DNA of 64,000 nucleotides from Nitrospinaceae bacterium (GTDB lineage Bacteria; Nitrospinota; Nitrospinia; Nitrospinales; Nitrospinaceae): NCBI GenBank assembly GCA_965223665.1, contig OZ245011.1, positions 1,792,001 to 1,856,000 of the forward strand, read 5' to 3'. Shown piece by piece: positions 38,504 to 47,984 of this stretch (position 1 is its first letter; each line of letters starts with the position of its first letter). The notes under the pieces were generated by a model. It saw only the letters and a program-made list of their open reading frames with translations, ran no database searches and was not told where the DNA came from. The position numbers and the translations under genes were made by a program.

Positions 38504-41500
38504 TTAAATCCGGGTCACACGTATAATGCGCCCAGATCTGGGACCGATACGTTCATATTCAATTCGAACTGGTGTATTTTGACGGAATGCATTGCGCAGC
38601 AGGTCAAGCATCCGACTGTTTACTGCCTCGTTTGGGCCACCACGAAGTTGTAGCCCGAATACCTTTTTCGCATCACTGTCCAACCTAACAATCGCTTCAG
38701 CATCCAAAAAATCGAAGGGTGGGCCGAATCCGGTCCCAACATCATGCACACGTAAAAACGTTAGACGCCCCTTTGCAGCCAAAACGGTACCCAGTGGCGT
38801 ATCTGTTTGGACCTCATATGCGCCACGACCAAAGGTTGCAGCACGTAACACACCAGTTGTTGGGTGCACCTGCAGTTCCATAACGTTTGTTGCCGAATGC
38901 ATTCCATTCACATAGGGTGTCCAAGTCCAGGTGGCCCAGTTATCATTCGACTGGCCCTTGAAAACGCCGGATCGACGAGTCGCCACATAAATTGTATCGT
39001 CGAGCAAGAGGTCGACCGCAAGTGAGTTGATTCCTCCCGCTGGCAATCCTTGACTCAAATCCGTCCCGGTCAGTTCCGCTGACCCACTGTTATCACGGGT
39101 TAACCGCATCACTCGTCCAAGGTTGTTTCCAGTAAAAGCGGCATACATCACATCAGATTGAAAGATGTCTCGCTCCAAATCAACCAGTTGTCGGATTTCT
39201 GGATGCTTATAAACTTGCTGAAAGCTGAGCCCACCGATACCGGCAAAAATAGCACCTTGAGTGGAGCCAGCAAAATACGTATCGCTTTGAGGGTCAATCG
39301 CCAGGCGGGTAAGTCTGCCTGCTTGGGGCGCGAAGTCCTGTTTCCACGGCAAACCTTTCCACAGCCCGTTACATGTGGCCAATAGAATTTCTGAATCTCG
39401 CGGATGCACCATGAAATGATTAGGATGCGGGCCAAATTCTGCTGAGACCGGGCAACCCTCTGGGAGGTCTTCGCTAATGTTTGAGAAATCAGAACGTGTC
39501 GAGTTCGATCCTTTTGCGGATTTTTTAAGCTGGCGCATTTCTTGTCCCAGTTCAAAAAATATATTTGAATCATGGTCATCAATTTCGACCCCTTCTGAAT
39601 CGCCCCCGACCAAGTAATGCCAAGTCGTATCGTTTCCATCATAGACACTGGCTCCATTGTCTTGTGTACCCCCATAAACAACGTTTGGTTGCTTGGCTGA
39701 GTCAGCGATTGTATAAAATTCTGTAATCCTTAGGCCCTCACCTATAAATGACCAAGTCCCGTCTTTTCCGCGACCGTTTGATCGGTAAAGCCCTCCGTCA
39801 CTTCCTGTAAAGATTATCTCCGGGTTATTAGGATGAAATGCAAAGCCGTGGTGATCTACATGCGGTTGTTTAGCTCTTTTAAAAGTGTCACCGAAATCGC
39901 TGGAGTGCCATAAATCAGTACCAGCCGCATAAACAAACTTGGGATTTATTGGATCCACGTAGATCGCGCTCCATAACCAGCGGTGCACCGGAACACCGCC
40001 AAGTGAATGTTGAGGATTCCATGCGAGTTCCCAACTTTGTTCAGCAACACCGCCTGTCTGACAGCTGACATTGGTAGTTCGATAAAGAGCCCAGCTGTCA
40101 GGCTCCTTATGACTTGCGAATAGGCGCCCTTTCGAAAACGCAAGTTTGATGCTAACATCTTCGCTCACTTGGGGCAAACGTGCTCCCGGACACCCGTTCA
40201 GTCGGCGCCAGTTCATTGGTGCCGTCCCCGTCAAAGGAGCAACGTAGATCCCCGACCGCCCGACCGCTGTGCCGTTCACGGACATCCAAGCACGGCTTAA
40301 CGTATCAGTGTCAAAGGCAAAAGCCGAAATGCGCTCGCTTCCCAAAATAGGGAAAACAATAGTCCAATCGGTACCTCCGTTGTTCGAATATCGCAATCCG
40401 CCACGCGACGTCAGGAACATCTGATTGGGATCGGTTGGATGGATAAACAATCCATGCCCATCAGAGCCAGTTGCGTCCAAATCGGTCATCGTCACTGCAA
40501 ACCAAGTCGCACCTGAATCATCGGAGCGGTATATTCCATTGTTCTTTGTCGTTACAAATACAGTTGATGAGTCGACGGGCGACAGATCAACATCTTCGAT
40601 TCTGAGTGTTGGTAATGCATCTGCGACTACCGCCCAATTTGCACCGCCATCTGTTGTTTTCCAAACCCCAGCTGCTCGCGCCGCAACATAGATGATCTCT
40701 GGATTACTGGGGTCGATTGCAACAGATCCCAGTCGCCCAACAGCTCCTAAACCGTCGTCGATCAACGTCGGTCCAATAGATTGCCATTCCCCAACCGGAC
40801 CAGACGGTTGCACGAACGCCGCAATCCCCCCCGGAACAGTCACATCAAGATTTACGTCAGGTGCAACGCGATAGTATCCGCGCACCCCTTTGATTGAACC
40901 TGACACTTGAAGCGTTGCAGTGGAATTTGGCAAAAGGATACGGCCTGGCGCTTCTAAACAGGGTTGTGTGCTGGCTTTTATAGGCTGTTCGAAGGGTTTC
41001 CCAGCTGGCCAAGGGACTCTAATTTCAATATCACTACCTGGTTCGACGAACTTGGTCAGATTATGGTAAATCGTACGATCCCCAAATTTGATAGAAACAG
41101 GAATTCGCATGCGATCCGCCCCTGGGTTTCGCAATCGCAATTGGATCGCAACCGGCTGAGCATTTATACTCAAGATATCGAGTGCGTCGATGGAGGCTAC
41201 CGCCTCGGGCTTCTCCATTTCGATAAAAACAGGAAGCTCGACAATATTGTCCGCTCGATCCCGATCAATAATGGAGAATTCCGGATCGACGATCATAGTC
41301 AGCAGAAGTGTTCGTGGGTCCGGCGCTGCAGACCATTCGAAACGAAGTTCTTTAGTTTCGAAACTGTCGAAATCCAATTTTTGGCGCCCTACTAAGGCGC
41401 CATTGGCGATCAAAACAACTTCAACTTTCTTCAGCTTTTTCCTTGACGCGTTTTGGACGCGTCCATACGCCAAAAAGGGACTGTTGGATTTCAAACAAGA

Positions 41501-41743
41501 CTGTCCAATCTTCAGTCCCAACGCTGACAAGTTAGCTTTTTGGTCCGTTCGAATACCTTCTATTGGATTAGGTTCTGCTACGGTTTGAGTATGTGCCACG
41601 ATCACTGAAAAGACGATGCCAATGGCGTAGAACATATTACGATAGCCTACCATCTTGATTTTTCGGAGCAGTGAGGTTCTATAAATATTTAGAAAACTAT
41701 GCTTTGTATACTTTGCAAAAAACATTGATAACCCTCCTTGCAA
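38504..41743 (-). CDS. Large secreted protein: CARDB/Ig-like domains, BNR (Asp-box) beta-propeller, C-terminal OB-fold-like domain
   Basis: GVWKTTDGGANW, YRSDDSGATW, HVDHH..GSDGGLY, GGTQDNG, ATFGRGAY; C-terminal LTFLRVHDVGTGFGP. Confidence 0.8.
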   Translation of the reverse strand: MQGGLSMFFAKYTKHSFLNIYRTSLLRKIKMVGYRNMFYAIGIVFSVIVAHTQTVAEPNPIEGIRTDQKANLSALGLKIGQSCLKSNSPFLAYGRVQNASRKKLKKVEVVLIANGALVGRQKLDFDSFETKELRFEWSAAPDPRTLLLTMIVDPEFSIIDRDRADNIVELPVFIEMEKPEAVASIDALDILSINAQPVAIQLRLRNPGADRMRIPVSIKFGDRTIYHNLTKFVEPGSDIEIRVPWPAGKPFEQPIKASTQPCLEAPGRILLPNSTATLQVSGSIKGVRGYYRVAPDVNLDVTVPGGIAAFVQPSGPVGEWQSIGPTLIDDGLGAVGRLGSVAIDPSNPEIIYVAARAAGVWKTTDGGANWAVVADALPTLRIEDVDLSPVDSSTVFVTTKNNGIYRSDDSGATWFAVTMTDLDATGSDGHGLFIHPTDPNQMFLTSRGGLRYSNNGGTDWTIVFPILGSERISAFAFDTDTLSRAWMSVNGTAVGRSGIYVAPLTGTAPMNWRRLNGCPGARLPQVSEDVSIKLAFSKGRLFASHKEPDSWALYRTTNVSCQTGGVAEQSWELAWNPQHSLGGVPVHRWLWSAIYVDPINPKFVYAAGTDLWHSSDFGDTFKRAKQPHVDHHGFAFHPNNPEIIFTGSDGGLYRSNGRGKDGTWSFIGEGLRITEFYTIADSAKQPNVVYGGTQDNGASVYDGNDTTWHYLVGGDSEGVEIDDHDSNIFFELGQEMRQLKKSAKGSNSTRSDFSNISEDLPEGCPVSAEFGPHPNHFMVHPRDSEILLATCNGLWKGLPWKQDFAPQAGRLTRLAIDPQSDTYFAGSTQGAIFAGIGGLSFQQVYKHPEIRQLVDLERDIFQSDVMYAAFTGNNLGRVMRLTRDNSGSAELTGTDLSQGLPAGGINSLAVDLLLDDTIYVATRRSGVFKGQSNDNWATWTWTPYVNGMHSATNVMELQVHPTTGVLRAATFGRGAYEVQTDTPLGTVLAAKGRLTFLRVHDVGTGFGPPFDFLDAEAIVRLDSDAKKVFGLQLRGGPNEAVNSRMLDLLRNAFRQNTPVRIEYERIGPRSGRIIRVTRI

Positions 41744-42136
41744 GAAAAGACATCAGTGTGCTTGTTCTCTAATTCTGCGTGCTCCGTCATAAAGAGCCTT
41801 AGCTTTTTTATAATAATTTCTGTCTATTTCCTACTGCTCTAGCACCTGTGCTAGCTGACATACTGGGCAATGATTGAATAGGAGATTGGTGTTTTAATTT
41901 GGTAATAATTCCGAATTTCACAAATATTATCAAAAAACTATTTGTTTTTACACCTAATTTATTGGAAAGACGAAAAAAAGGAAGTTCTCGTTAGCTTTGA
42001 AACAGAATTAGGTAATCTGGGTAAAACTTGTTGGGTATGGGATTACTGGCTATTCATTTTATTTTCTATTCGGTCAAGTTGCTTCCTGAAACGGTCAGAG
42101 GATTCATCATTGGGTTTTGGAATTCTAAAGTAAGAC

Positions 42137-43441
42137 TCAACTAATTGGCAAGGTCACCAGTATTTCAGTTCCCTTTTCCGGCTGGCTTTTTATTTCTAAC
42201 GTTCCCTGGTGGGCTTCGGCGATGATACGGCACAGATACAACCCTAAACCGTATCCTCCCGTTTGTCGCTGGCGAGCCGGGTCGACTCGGTAAAACGGTT
42301 CCGTTAAAAAGGGAATGTTTTTTTCATCAATTCCCTTTCCATAATCCTGAACGGTCAACGTTATTTCATTTTCAGATTGTTTTAACGATAGCTTCGGAGG
42401 GTTGGCACCTTTTGGAGTGTAACGCAGGGCATTATCCAAAAGGTTTTTCAGTAGCAACTTAATGCGCACCGGATCGACATTGGCTTTAATGTCGGACTTC
42501 GGCAAATGGAGTTCCGGCGGTCGGTCTTTAAAATATTCGTTCACCAATTCGGTGATCAAATCGTTTAGTGAAACATGGGTAAGATTTAAAACGCGATGTC
42601 GTGTGTTCAACCGTTCCGTTTCCAGCAACTCGGCGATCAGGTTATCCATTTCCGACAATTCCCGGTTGATATCCTCACGCGCTTTTTCATCCTGCAACAT
42701 CTCCGTGGAAACCTTCACCCGCGTCATCGGCGAGCGCAGTTCGTGGCTGATGGCCAGCAGCAACTGTCGCTTGGCTTCCAGCATTTGACGAATATCCCCC
42801 GCCATGAGGTTGATGCTGTTGGACAAATCTCCAAACTCGTTACACTGATTTAACTCAATCTTGTGTTCGAGGTCCCCTTCCCCAATCTTTTTAACACCGT
42901 CCTTAATCACCTGTATCGGAGAAAAAATGCGACGCGTCCGGTGATAAAGGATCATCAATAAGACGAGCGCAATTAACAGTGGCACTGCAATGCGCCAACC
43001 CCAAAAGTGCCGGGGATGCGGAACCGAAAACGCGATTGTGTAATCCTGATGTTTTCTTACCAGAAAATCCTGCCCTTCCAGTTCTCCCAGCGCATAATCG
43101 ACACCACCCTCAGAAAATTGTTTGTAGTAGTCCATGTTCTTAAAGTCCAGCAAAGTGTCCGTGGACGACCATTGCTTTTGATCGAACATAAGGTGAACGT
43201 CCACGGGAAGTCGTTCGACAAGTTCTTTGGCTCTATTAAAATCCGGAGGGGTTCCAATATCTTTCTGAATGTATTCCATATAAAGGAACAAGTGCGGCAG
43301 AATGTTTTCCTTAAAGTTGGAACGGAAAGCAAACCGCATGGAGGCCCCCACAAACACCATTAACAAAATTGCAATCACGATAAACAAAAAAACGAGTCGT
43401 GCCGTAAGCGAATGATTTTTTCTTTTGAACAATGATTTCAC
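42137..43441 (-). CDS. Two-component sensor kinase (TM-HAMP-HisKA-HATPase), CpxA/BaeS-like
   Basis: ISHELRSP, NLLDNALRY, DYGKGI, EPFYRVD, GYGLGL. Confidence 0.92.
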   Translation of the reverse strand: MKSLFKRKNHSLTARLVFLFIVIAILLMVFVGASMRFAFRSNFKENILPHLFLYMEYIQKDIGTPPDFNRAKELVERLPVDVHLMFDQKQWSSTDTLLDFKNMDYYKQFSEGGVDYALGELEGQDFLVRKHQDYTIAFSVPHPRHFWGWRIAVPLLIALVLLMILYHRTRRIFSPIQVIKDGVKKIGEGDLEHKIELNQCNEFGDLSNSINLMAGDIRQMLEAKRQLLLAISHELRSPMTRVKVSTEMLQDEKAREDINRELSEMDNLIAELLETERLNTRHRVLNLTHVSLNDLITELVNEYFKDRPPELHLPKSDIKANVDPVRIKLLLKNLLDNALRYTPKGANPPKLSLKQSENEITLTVQDYGKGIDEKNIPFLTEPFYRVDPARQRQTGGYGLGLYLCRIIAEAHQGTLEIKSQPEKGTEILVTLPIS

Positions 43442-44115
43442 CGGGCTTTTCCTATAAAGCAGTATCCTGTCCCGCGGATGGTTTTAATAAGATCTTTCGG
43501 TTTCAACTTTTGCCGCAGGCGGCTGACCAGAATATCCACCGAACGGGAATACACTTCCGTTTCGATTCCCTGAAGATGATTGAGGATCTCATCGCGCGTG
43601 AACGTTTTACCCGAGTGAGACGCGAACAACTCCAGCAACTGATACTCCATGGAAGTCAGGGTCAGTTCCTTATCATTCAAAGTGGCCTGTTTCAAATCCC
43701 GGTCCACCACTAATCCATCAAAACGCAGGACCTGACTGTCCTGCGCCTGCCGGGTGGACCGTTTCAAGATATTCTGAATACGCGCTAACAGTTCACGCGG
43801 CTCAAATGGTTTCGGTAAATAATCATCGGCACCCAATTCAATACCAACAATGCGGTCCATCACCTCGCCACGCGCCGTCAACATGAGTATCGGAATGTCG
43901 CTTTCCTTGCGAATGGTTTTACACACTTCAAATCCATCCATCTCCGGAAGCATGACATCCAGAATCACCAGATCAAACCCACCCTGCTTTAACTGGGCGA
44001 ACCCTTCGCTGGGACTGAAGGCACATTCCAGTTCAAAAGAAAACTTTTGGAAATACTTTGTCAGTAATTCCGCCAGTCGTTCGTCGTCGTCAATGAGTAA
44101 TATGCGTGACATCAA
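43438..44115 (-). CDS. OmpR-family response regulator, CpxR-like
   Basis: ILLIDDD, LDVMLP, LTARG, GADDYLPKPF, RSVDILVSRLRQK, TIRGTGY. Confidence 0.95.
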   Translation of the reverse strand: MMSRILLIDDDERLAELLTKYFQKFSFELECAFSPSEGFAQLKQGGFDLVILDVMLPEMDGFEVCKTIRKESDIPILMLTARGEVMDRIVGIELGADDYLPKPFEPRELLARIQNILKRSTRQAQDSQVLRFDGLVVDRDLKQATLNDKELTLTSMEYQLLELFASHSGKTFTRDEILNHLQGIETEVYSRSVDILVSRLRQKLKPKDLIKTIRGTGYCFIGKAR

Positions 44116-44505
44116 TTTTTAAATAAGAGTTTTTCATATGTAAGAAAATCAGATTAAAGAGTCAATTGCAAATGAGTTTGTAAAAGAAAAAATCCCCCCA
44201 GCCCCTTCATGAAAGGGGGAGCGCATCAACCCCTTTCCGCATTTTCTTCTAAAGGCAAACTCAACTTGGGAAGAGATTCTGTAGATCCGGCGCTTGCCAC
44301 CGATCATCGAAAATAATTGCTATCCCTGGCGGTTACGCCAGTCATCGCCAACCTGCGGTTGGAGGCAGCATTTCTTCTCGAAAGTTTTGCCAGAGCTCCG
44401 AGGGTTAATCAACTCTTGAACATCAATTTTGCCCCTCACGGCCAGTGAGTCCCTCCGGGCGTGGCCCGGAACGCCGGGCCCAACACACCCGGCGCATTGA
44501 TTAAA

Positions 44506-44958
44506 TTAATAACGCTTCCATGCATGCCTTCCGTGCTCCATTTTTTCCTTCACGTTTTCACGCAGGGTCTGTTGCTGTTCCGGCGACAGGCTATCATAAA
44601 AATCCGCCAGCGCTGCCACAACTTGTGGAGCCTTGTCATTCACGTTACGCGTTTTCTCTTCCACTAAGGACAACACCCGTTGCTGGTCCAACTTCGGCTG
44701 CTCCAGCATTTCCAAAACGGAAGTTTTCATGTCCTGTCGTTTAGATTTCATTTCCTGCCTTATCTTTAGAAATTCATCTTTAACCGCTTTCAGTTTTACA
44801 ACCTGTGCTTCATTCAAGCTCAACTTTTTTGTCACCTTGTCGACCATGTGGTCGGCACGCGCTTCCGGGCTCTTGTGTCGAAATCCGCAACCGGTAAAGG
44901 CACCCATTAAAACCACGGTAGTGATGAAAAGTCCCAAAACGATCATTGCAGTTTTCAT
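44506..44958 (-). CDS. Spy/CpxP-family periplasmic chaperone-like protein
   Basis: Signal/lipobox; LSLNEAQ and LSPEQQ (LTxxQ) motifs; upstream of the regulator-kinase pair. Confidence 0.8.
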   Translation of the reverse strand: MKTAMIVLGLFITTVVLMGAFTGCGFRHKSPEARADHMVDKVTKKLSLNEAQVVKLKAVKDEFLKIRQEMKSKRQDMKTSVLEMLEQPKLDQQRVLSLVEEKTRNVNDKAPQVVAALADFYDSLSPEQQQTLRENVKEKMEHGRHAWKRY

Positions 44959-44995
44959 GATTGTACTCCTTTATGTTCATGGTTTAAATGAAAAC

Positions 44996-45059
44996 AGCAT
45001 ACGCCGAACTCACAGGGGAATCCTTTCTCTCAAGTAACGAATTGTTTCAGTTTGTAACA
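44996..45059 (-). promoter_or_regulatory. OmpR/CpxR-type boxes and promoter of the spy/cpxP-like gene (copy 2)
   Basis: tcctttc-N6-GTAAC-N5-GTTTC-N5-GTAAC; -10 TATGCT. Confidence 0.72.
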
Positions 45060-45196
45060 GGGGATGGAAACTAACCAGGATGCAGCCGGTGGGGCGATTG
45101 GAAAGGGTTTAAAGAATCCAAGCCCATGGCCCCAATCCTTGGTTCCATGGGCAGATTCCATTTCAGGACTATTTCAAATCACTGACTCATTCCCTG

Positions 45197-47017
45197 TCAG
45201 TGCTTGGAATAGTATTGCTTCAATCCCTGCTTCTCAATGGTTTCATTTTCGCGCACCGCTTCATCAATCAAATCACTATGCAGTGCTTGAAATTCACGTG
45301 TGCTCTGACTACCACTGACTTTCATGTTTTGCAGGGTTTCACGCGCTTTTGAGTTTCCGGTCAACGCCAACCCTAAAGTCACCTTCGTGGTCAGGTCGTC
45401 ATTGCGTTGAGCCATACTGGCTTGAAACTCGGAACGGCCGACCTTTTTACTGCTCCAGAACTGAGGATCGGTAGCAGCAATCAAATAATCGAGCGCTTTA
45501 GAACTGCCGGACCGGTTCACCGCATAGCCCAGCGCCAATGGAACAACGGACTTCGCTGAGTAATGGGACCTCTCAAGCGGACCATTGCCATTGTTTTCGA
45601 GAAACTCAATAAGTGGATCTACCACACTCTCATCACCAATCATCCCTAAGGTAGCGACAATGTTCGGCCACCATTCCATTTCCTTTGGATCTTTCAGCAT
45701 CTCCAGCAGAACGGGAATCGCCTCGGTGCCATAAGTGGTCGCCTGTTCGTAAGGTGTTCCGTGAAAAAAGTGTTGGCGTACAAAGTCTCGAACATCCTCC
45801 GGTGCTTCCGCAGCGGAAGTGTCAAACTGAAGCGAAGTGTCAGCTGCAAGCACTGACGGATCACCTGCCAACGCCACTAAAGGAGAAGTCCTGAAGGCGT
45901 TACACTCGTCAGTGTTGACACCCAGTCGATCTGCACCAATAGATGGATGCATAACGTTGCTGGTACCGTTTCTGTGGCTACGACCTTTGTTGTGGCCAAA
46001 TTCGTGTAACCATAGAATCCCTTCCAGGTTGGTCGTAAATCTCACCACTACGAGAGAGTTCCCGGGTACTGGAGCACAACCAATAATATTGGCTCCAATC
46101 GTACTGCACCAGTTAATCTGGTTCACGACTTTGATATTTCCGGGAAGTCCATTCACCGCAGAGAACTCAGCCCCACTGTCAATGGATCCATCACCGGTCG
46201 TAAATGCCGTCACCGTACCATCCCGAAGCATTCTGACATTACAAGCGATATCGTTCGGACCATCGTCCGTCTGAATCACTCTTGAAGCATCTCCAAAAAT
46301 TCGATCCGCATCTGCATTCGTCAGACCGGTATTTTGGAACCGTCGCACCTGTAACCTGTAGGTCACTTGTGGTTGGCCGGGTGGTGTACCTGTAGAACTT
46401 GCAAGATCATGGGCACACCAATACCCTCGAACATTATTTTTATTACAGGTACCCTCGAAGTTATCCCGGTCCGGATCTCCGTTGAAAGTGATCGAGCGAT
46501 TGCCGCACAAGGCATTATCGTCTGCGACCATATTTCCAATCCAACGACCATTCGGATTGTAAGACGCATCGAGATTGGAGTGTATGTAGAGATAATACAA
46601 ATCTTCGTAACTCGCCATACGACCTCGCTGCACACGGCAGCGCCGTTGCGCCCAGGGATAACGGGTGGCATTCTGAACATTGGTAGAAATACAGAGTCGT
46701 GATCCTACCTGGCGATAACCCGGACGACACGCTGTGGTCGGAAAACCCACGGCTTCCACATTAGTGGAATTAGCCGCTTCGAGTTCGCCATGGACGCCCT
46801 GAAAGTCACTCTTGTCGTTTGGATTAGTGCCTTCAAGGGTTTCCGTTAAATCCGGAATTCCATCTCCATCGCTGTCTTTCAGAATCATGTTGCGATCGGT
46901 ATCGAACATGGCATCTGACATCGGCGAATTAGATGCAAACTGTGTTGCGTAAGCATTTTGTGTCGTCATGACCACAAAAAGAAACATATAAAATAAACAA
47001 AAGTTTTTCGTTTTCAT
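45197..47017 (-). CDS. Secreted metzincin metalloprotease with N-terminal TSP3-like + C-type-lectin-like module and C-terminal HEAT-like domain
   Basis: GGGAG before ATG 47017; DSDGDGIPD; HEFGHNKGRSH and Met-turn NVMHP; ATLGMIGD..VDPLIEFL. Confidence 0.8.
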   Translation of the reverse strand: MKTKNFCLFYMFLFVVMTTQNAYATQFASNSPMSDAMFDTDRNMILKDSDGDGIPDLTETLEGTNPNDKSDFQGVHGELEAANSTNVEAVGFPTTACRPGYRQVGSRLCISTNVQNATRYPWAQRRCRVQRGRMASYEDLYYLYIHSNLDASYNPNGRWIGNMVADDNALCGNRSITFNGDPDRDNFEGTCNKNNVRGYWCAHDLASSTGTPPGQPQVTYRLQVRRFQNTGLTNADADRIFGDASRVIQTDDGPNDIACNVRMLRDGTVTAFTTGDGSIDSGAEFSAVNGLPGNIKVVNQINWCSTIGANIIGCAPVPGNSLVVVRFTTNLEGILWLHEFGHNKGRSHRNGTSNVMHPSIGADRLGVNTDECNAFRTSPLVALAGDPSVLAADTSLQFDTSAAEAPEDVRDFVRQHFFHGTPYEQATTYGTEAIPVLLEMLKDPKEMEWWPNIVATLGMIGDESVVDPLIEFLENNGNGPLERSHYSAKSVVPLALGYAVNRSGSSKALDYLIAATDPQFWSSKKVGRSEFQASMAQRNDDLTTKVTLGLALTGNSKARETLQNMKVSGSQSTREFQALHSDLIDEAVRENETIEKQGLKQYYSKH

Positions 47018-47425
47018 AATATTCTCCCGGTTTTTGGTATTTAGTAATGACTGAGTTGGATGACTCAGAAACGATCGTGAGCACACCAATAACCGCGATT
47101 ATTATTTTTGTTACAAGTGCCCTCGAAGTTATCACGGTCCGGATCTCCATCGAAAGTGATCGAGCGATTGCCGCACAAGGCATTATCATCTGCAACCATA
47201 TTTCCGATCCAACGACCATTCGGGTTGTAGGACGCATCGAGATTGGAGTGTATGTAGAGATAATACAAATCTTCATAACTCGCTACACGGCCCTGCTGTA
47301 CCCGGCACCGTCGTTGCGCCCAGGCATAACGGGTGGCATTCTGAACATTGGTAGAAATACAAAGTCGTGGTCCCGCTTGACGATAGCCAGGGCGACACGC
47401 TGTGGTCGGGAAACCCACCGCTTCT
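46405..47425. repeat. Duplicated ~350-bp lectin-like module (about 46405-46757 and 47073-47425)
   Basis: Near-identical protein GFPTTACRPGYRQ..RGYWCAHD; DNA differences mostly synonymous. Confidence 0.85.
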
Positions 47426-47667
47426 AAATCATCGGAATTTTGAGCTCCCTGAAAATCCACAGGGTCATTGGGGTTGGTGCCTTCAAGACTTTCGGTTAGA
47501 TCCGGAACTCCATCCTTATCACTGTCTTGAAGCACCATGTTGCGATCAGTGTCAAACATGGCATCCGTCGTCGGCGGATCAGAAGGAGAATGCGCATTAG
47601 CAAAGTTTTGCGACGTTAAAACCACCAAAAGAGATAAACAACAGATTAATAATGATTTCGTTTTCAT
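47065..47667 (-). CDS. Secreted stand-alone TSP3-like + C-type-lectin-like protein
   Basis: GAGGAGG RBS, signal peptide; DSDKDGVPD; WAQRRC..GRVASYEDL..WIG..C..YWC. Confidence 0.78.
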   Translation of the reverse strand: MKTKSLLICCLSLLVVLTSQNFANAHSPSDPPTTDAMFDTDRNMVLQDSDKDGVPDLTESLEGTNPNDPVDFQGAQNSDDLEAVGFPTTACRPGYRQAGPRLCISTNVQNATRYAWAQRRCRVQQGRVASYEDLYYLYIHSNLDASYNPNGRWIGNMVADDNALCGNRSITFDGDPDRDNFEGTCNKNNNRGYWCAHDRF

Positions 47668-47984
47668 AAACCCTCCTCAAGTTAAATTAAAATTAAGAGC
47701 TTTAGTCATTCCTCCTCCAAAGGAATCTAAAAGACTAAAACTCAACTTTGACTAATTTAGGGTTTTATTCGAAATTCGGATATCGTTTAAACCATGGTTT
47801 TCTTGTGGTAGCTTGTATTACAAACTTCATGAGTTGAACAAACCGGTTTTAAATAAAATCTTTTAATGAAGTTTAGCTGCTTAAAATACAATCCTTTACT
47901 CTTCTCCAAAAAAATACCTCCCCACCATCCCAAGAGGACGATGAGGAGGCAAAACATAAGATGCTTTTTATTACAACCGATTGG

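Noticed and set aside
46405-47425. Diversity-generating retroelement template/variable repeat pair (lectin-like fold plus near-identical repeats)
   Set aside because: Both copies are inside intact genes, differences are mainly synonymous and not adenine-specific, and no reverse transcriptase is in the window; no template repeat was seen for the DUF1566 or FGE genes either
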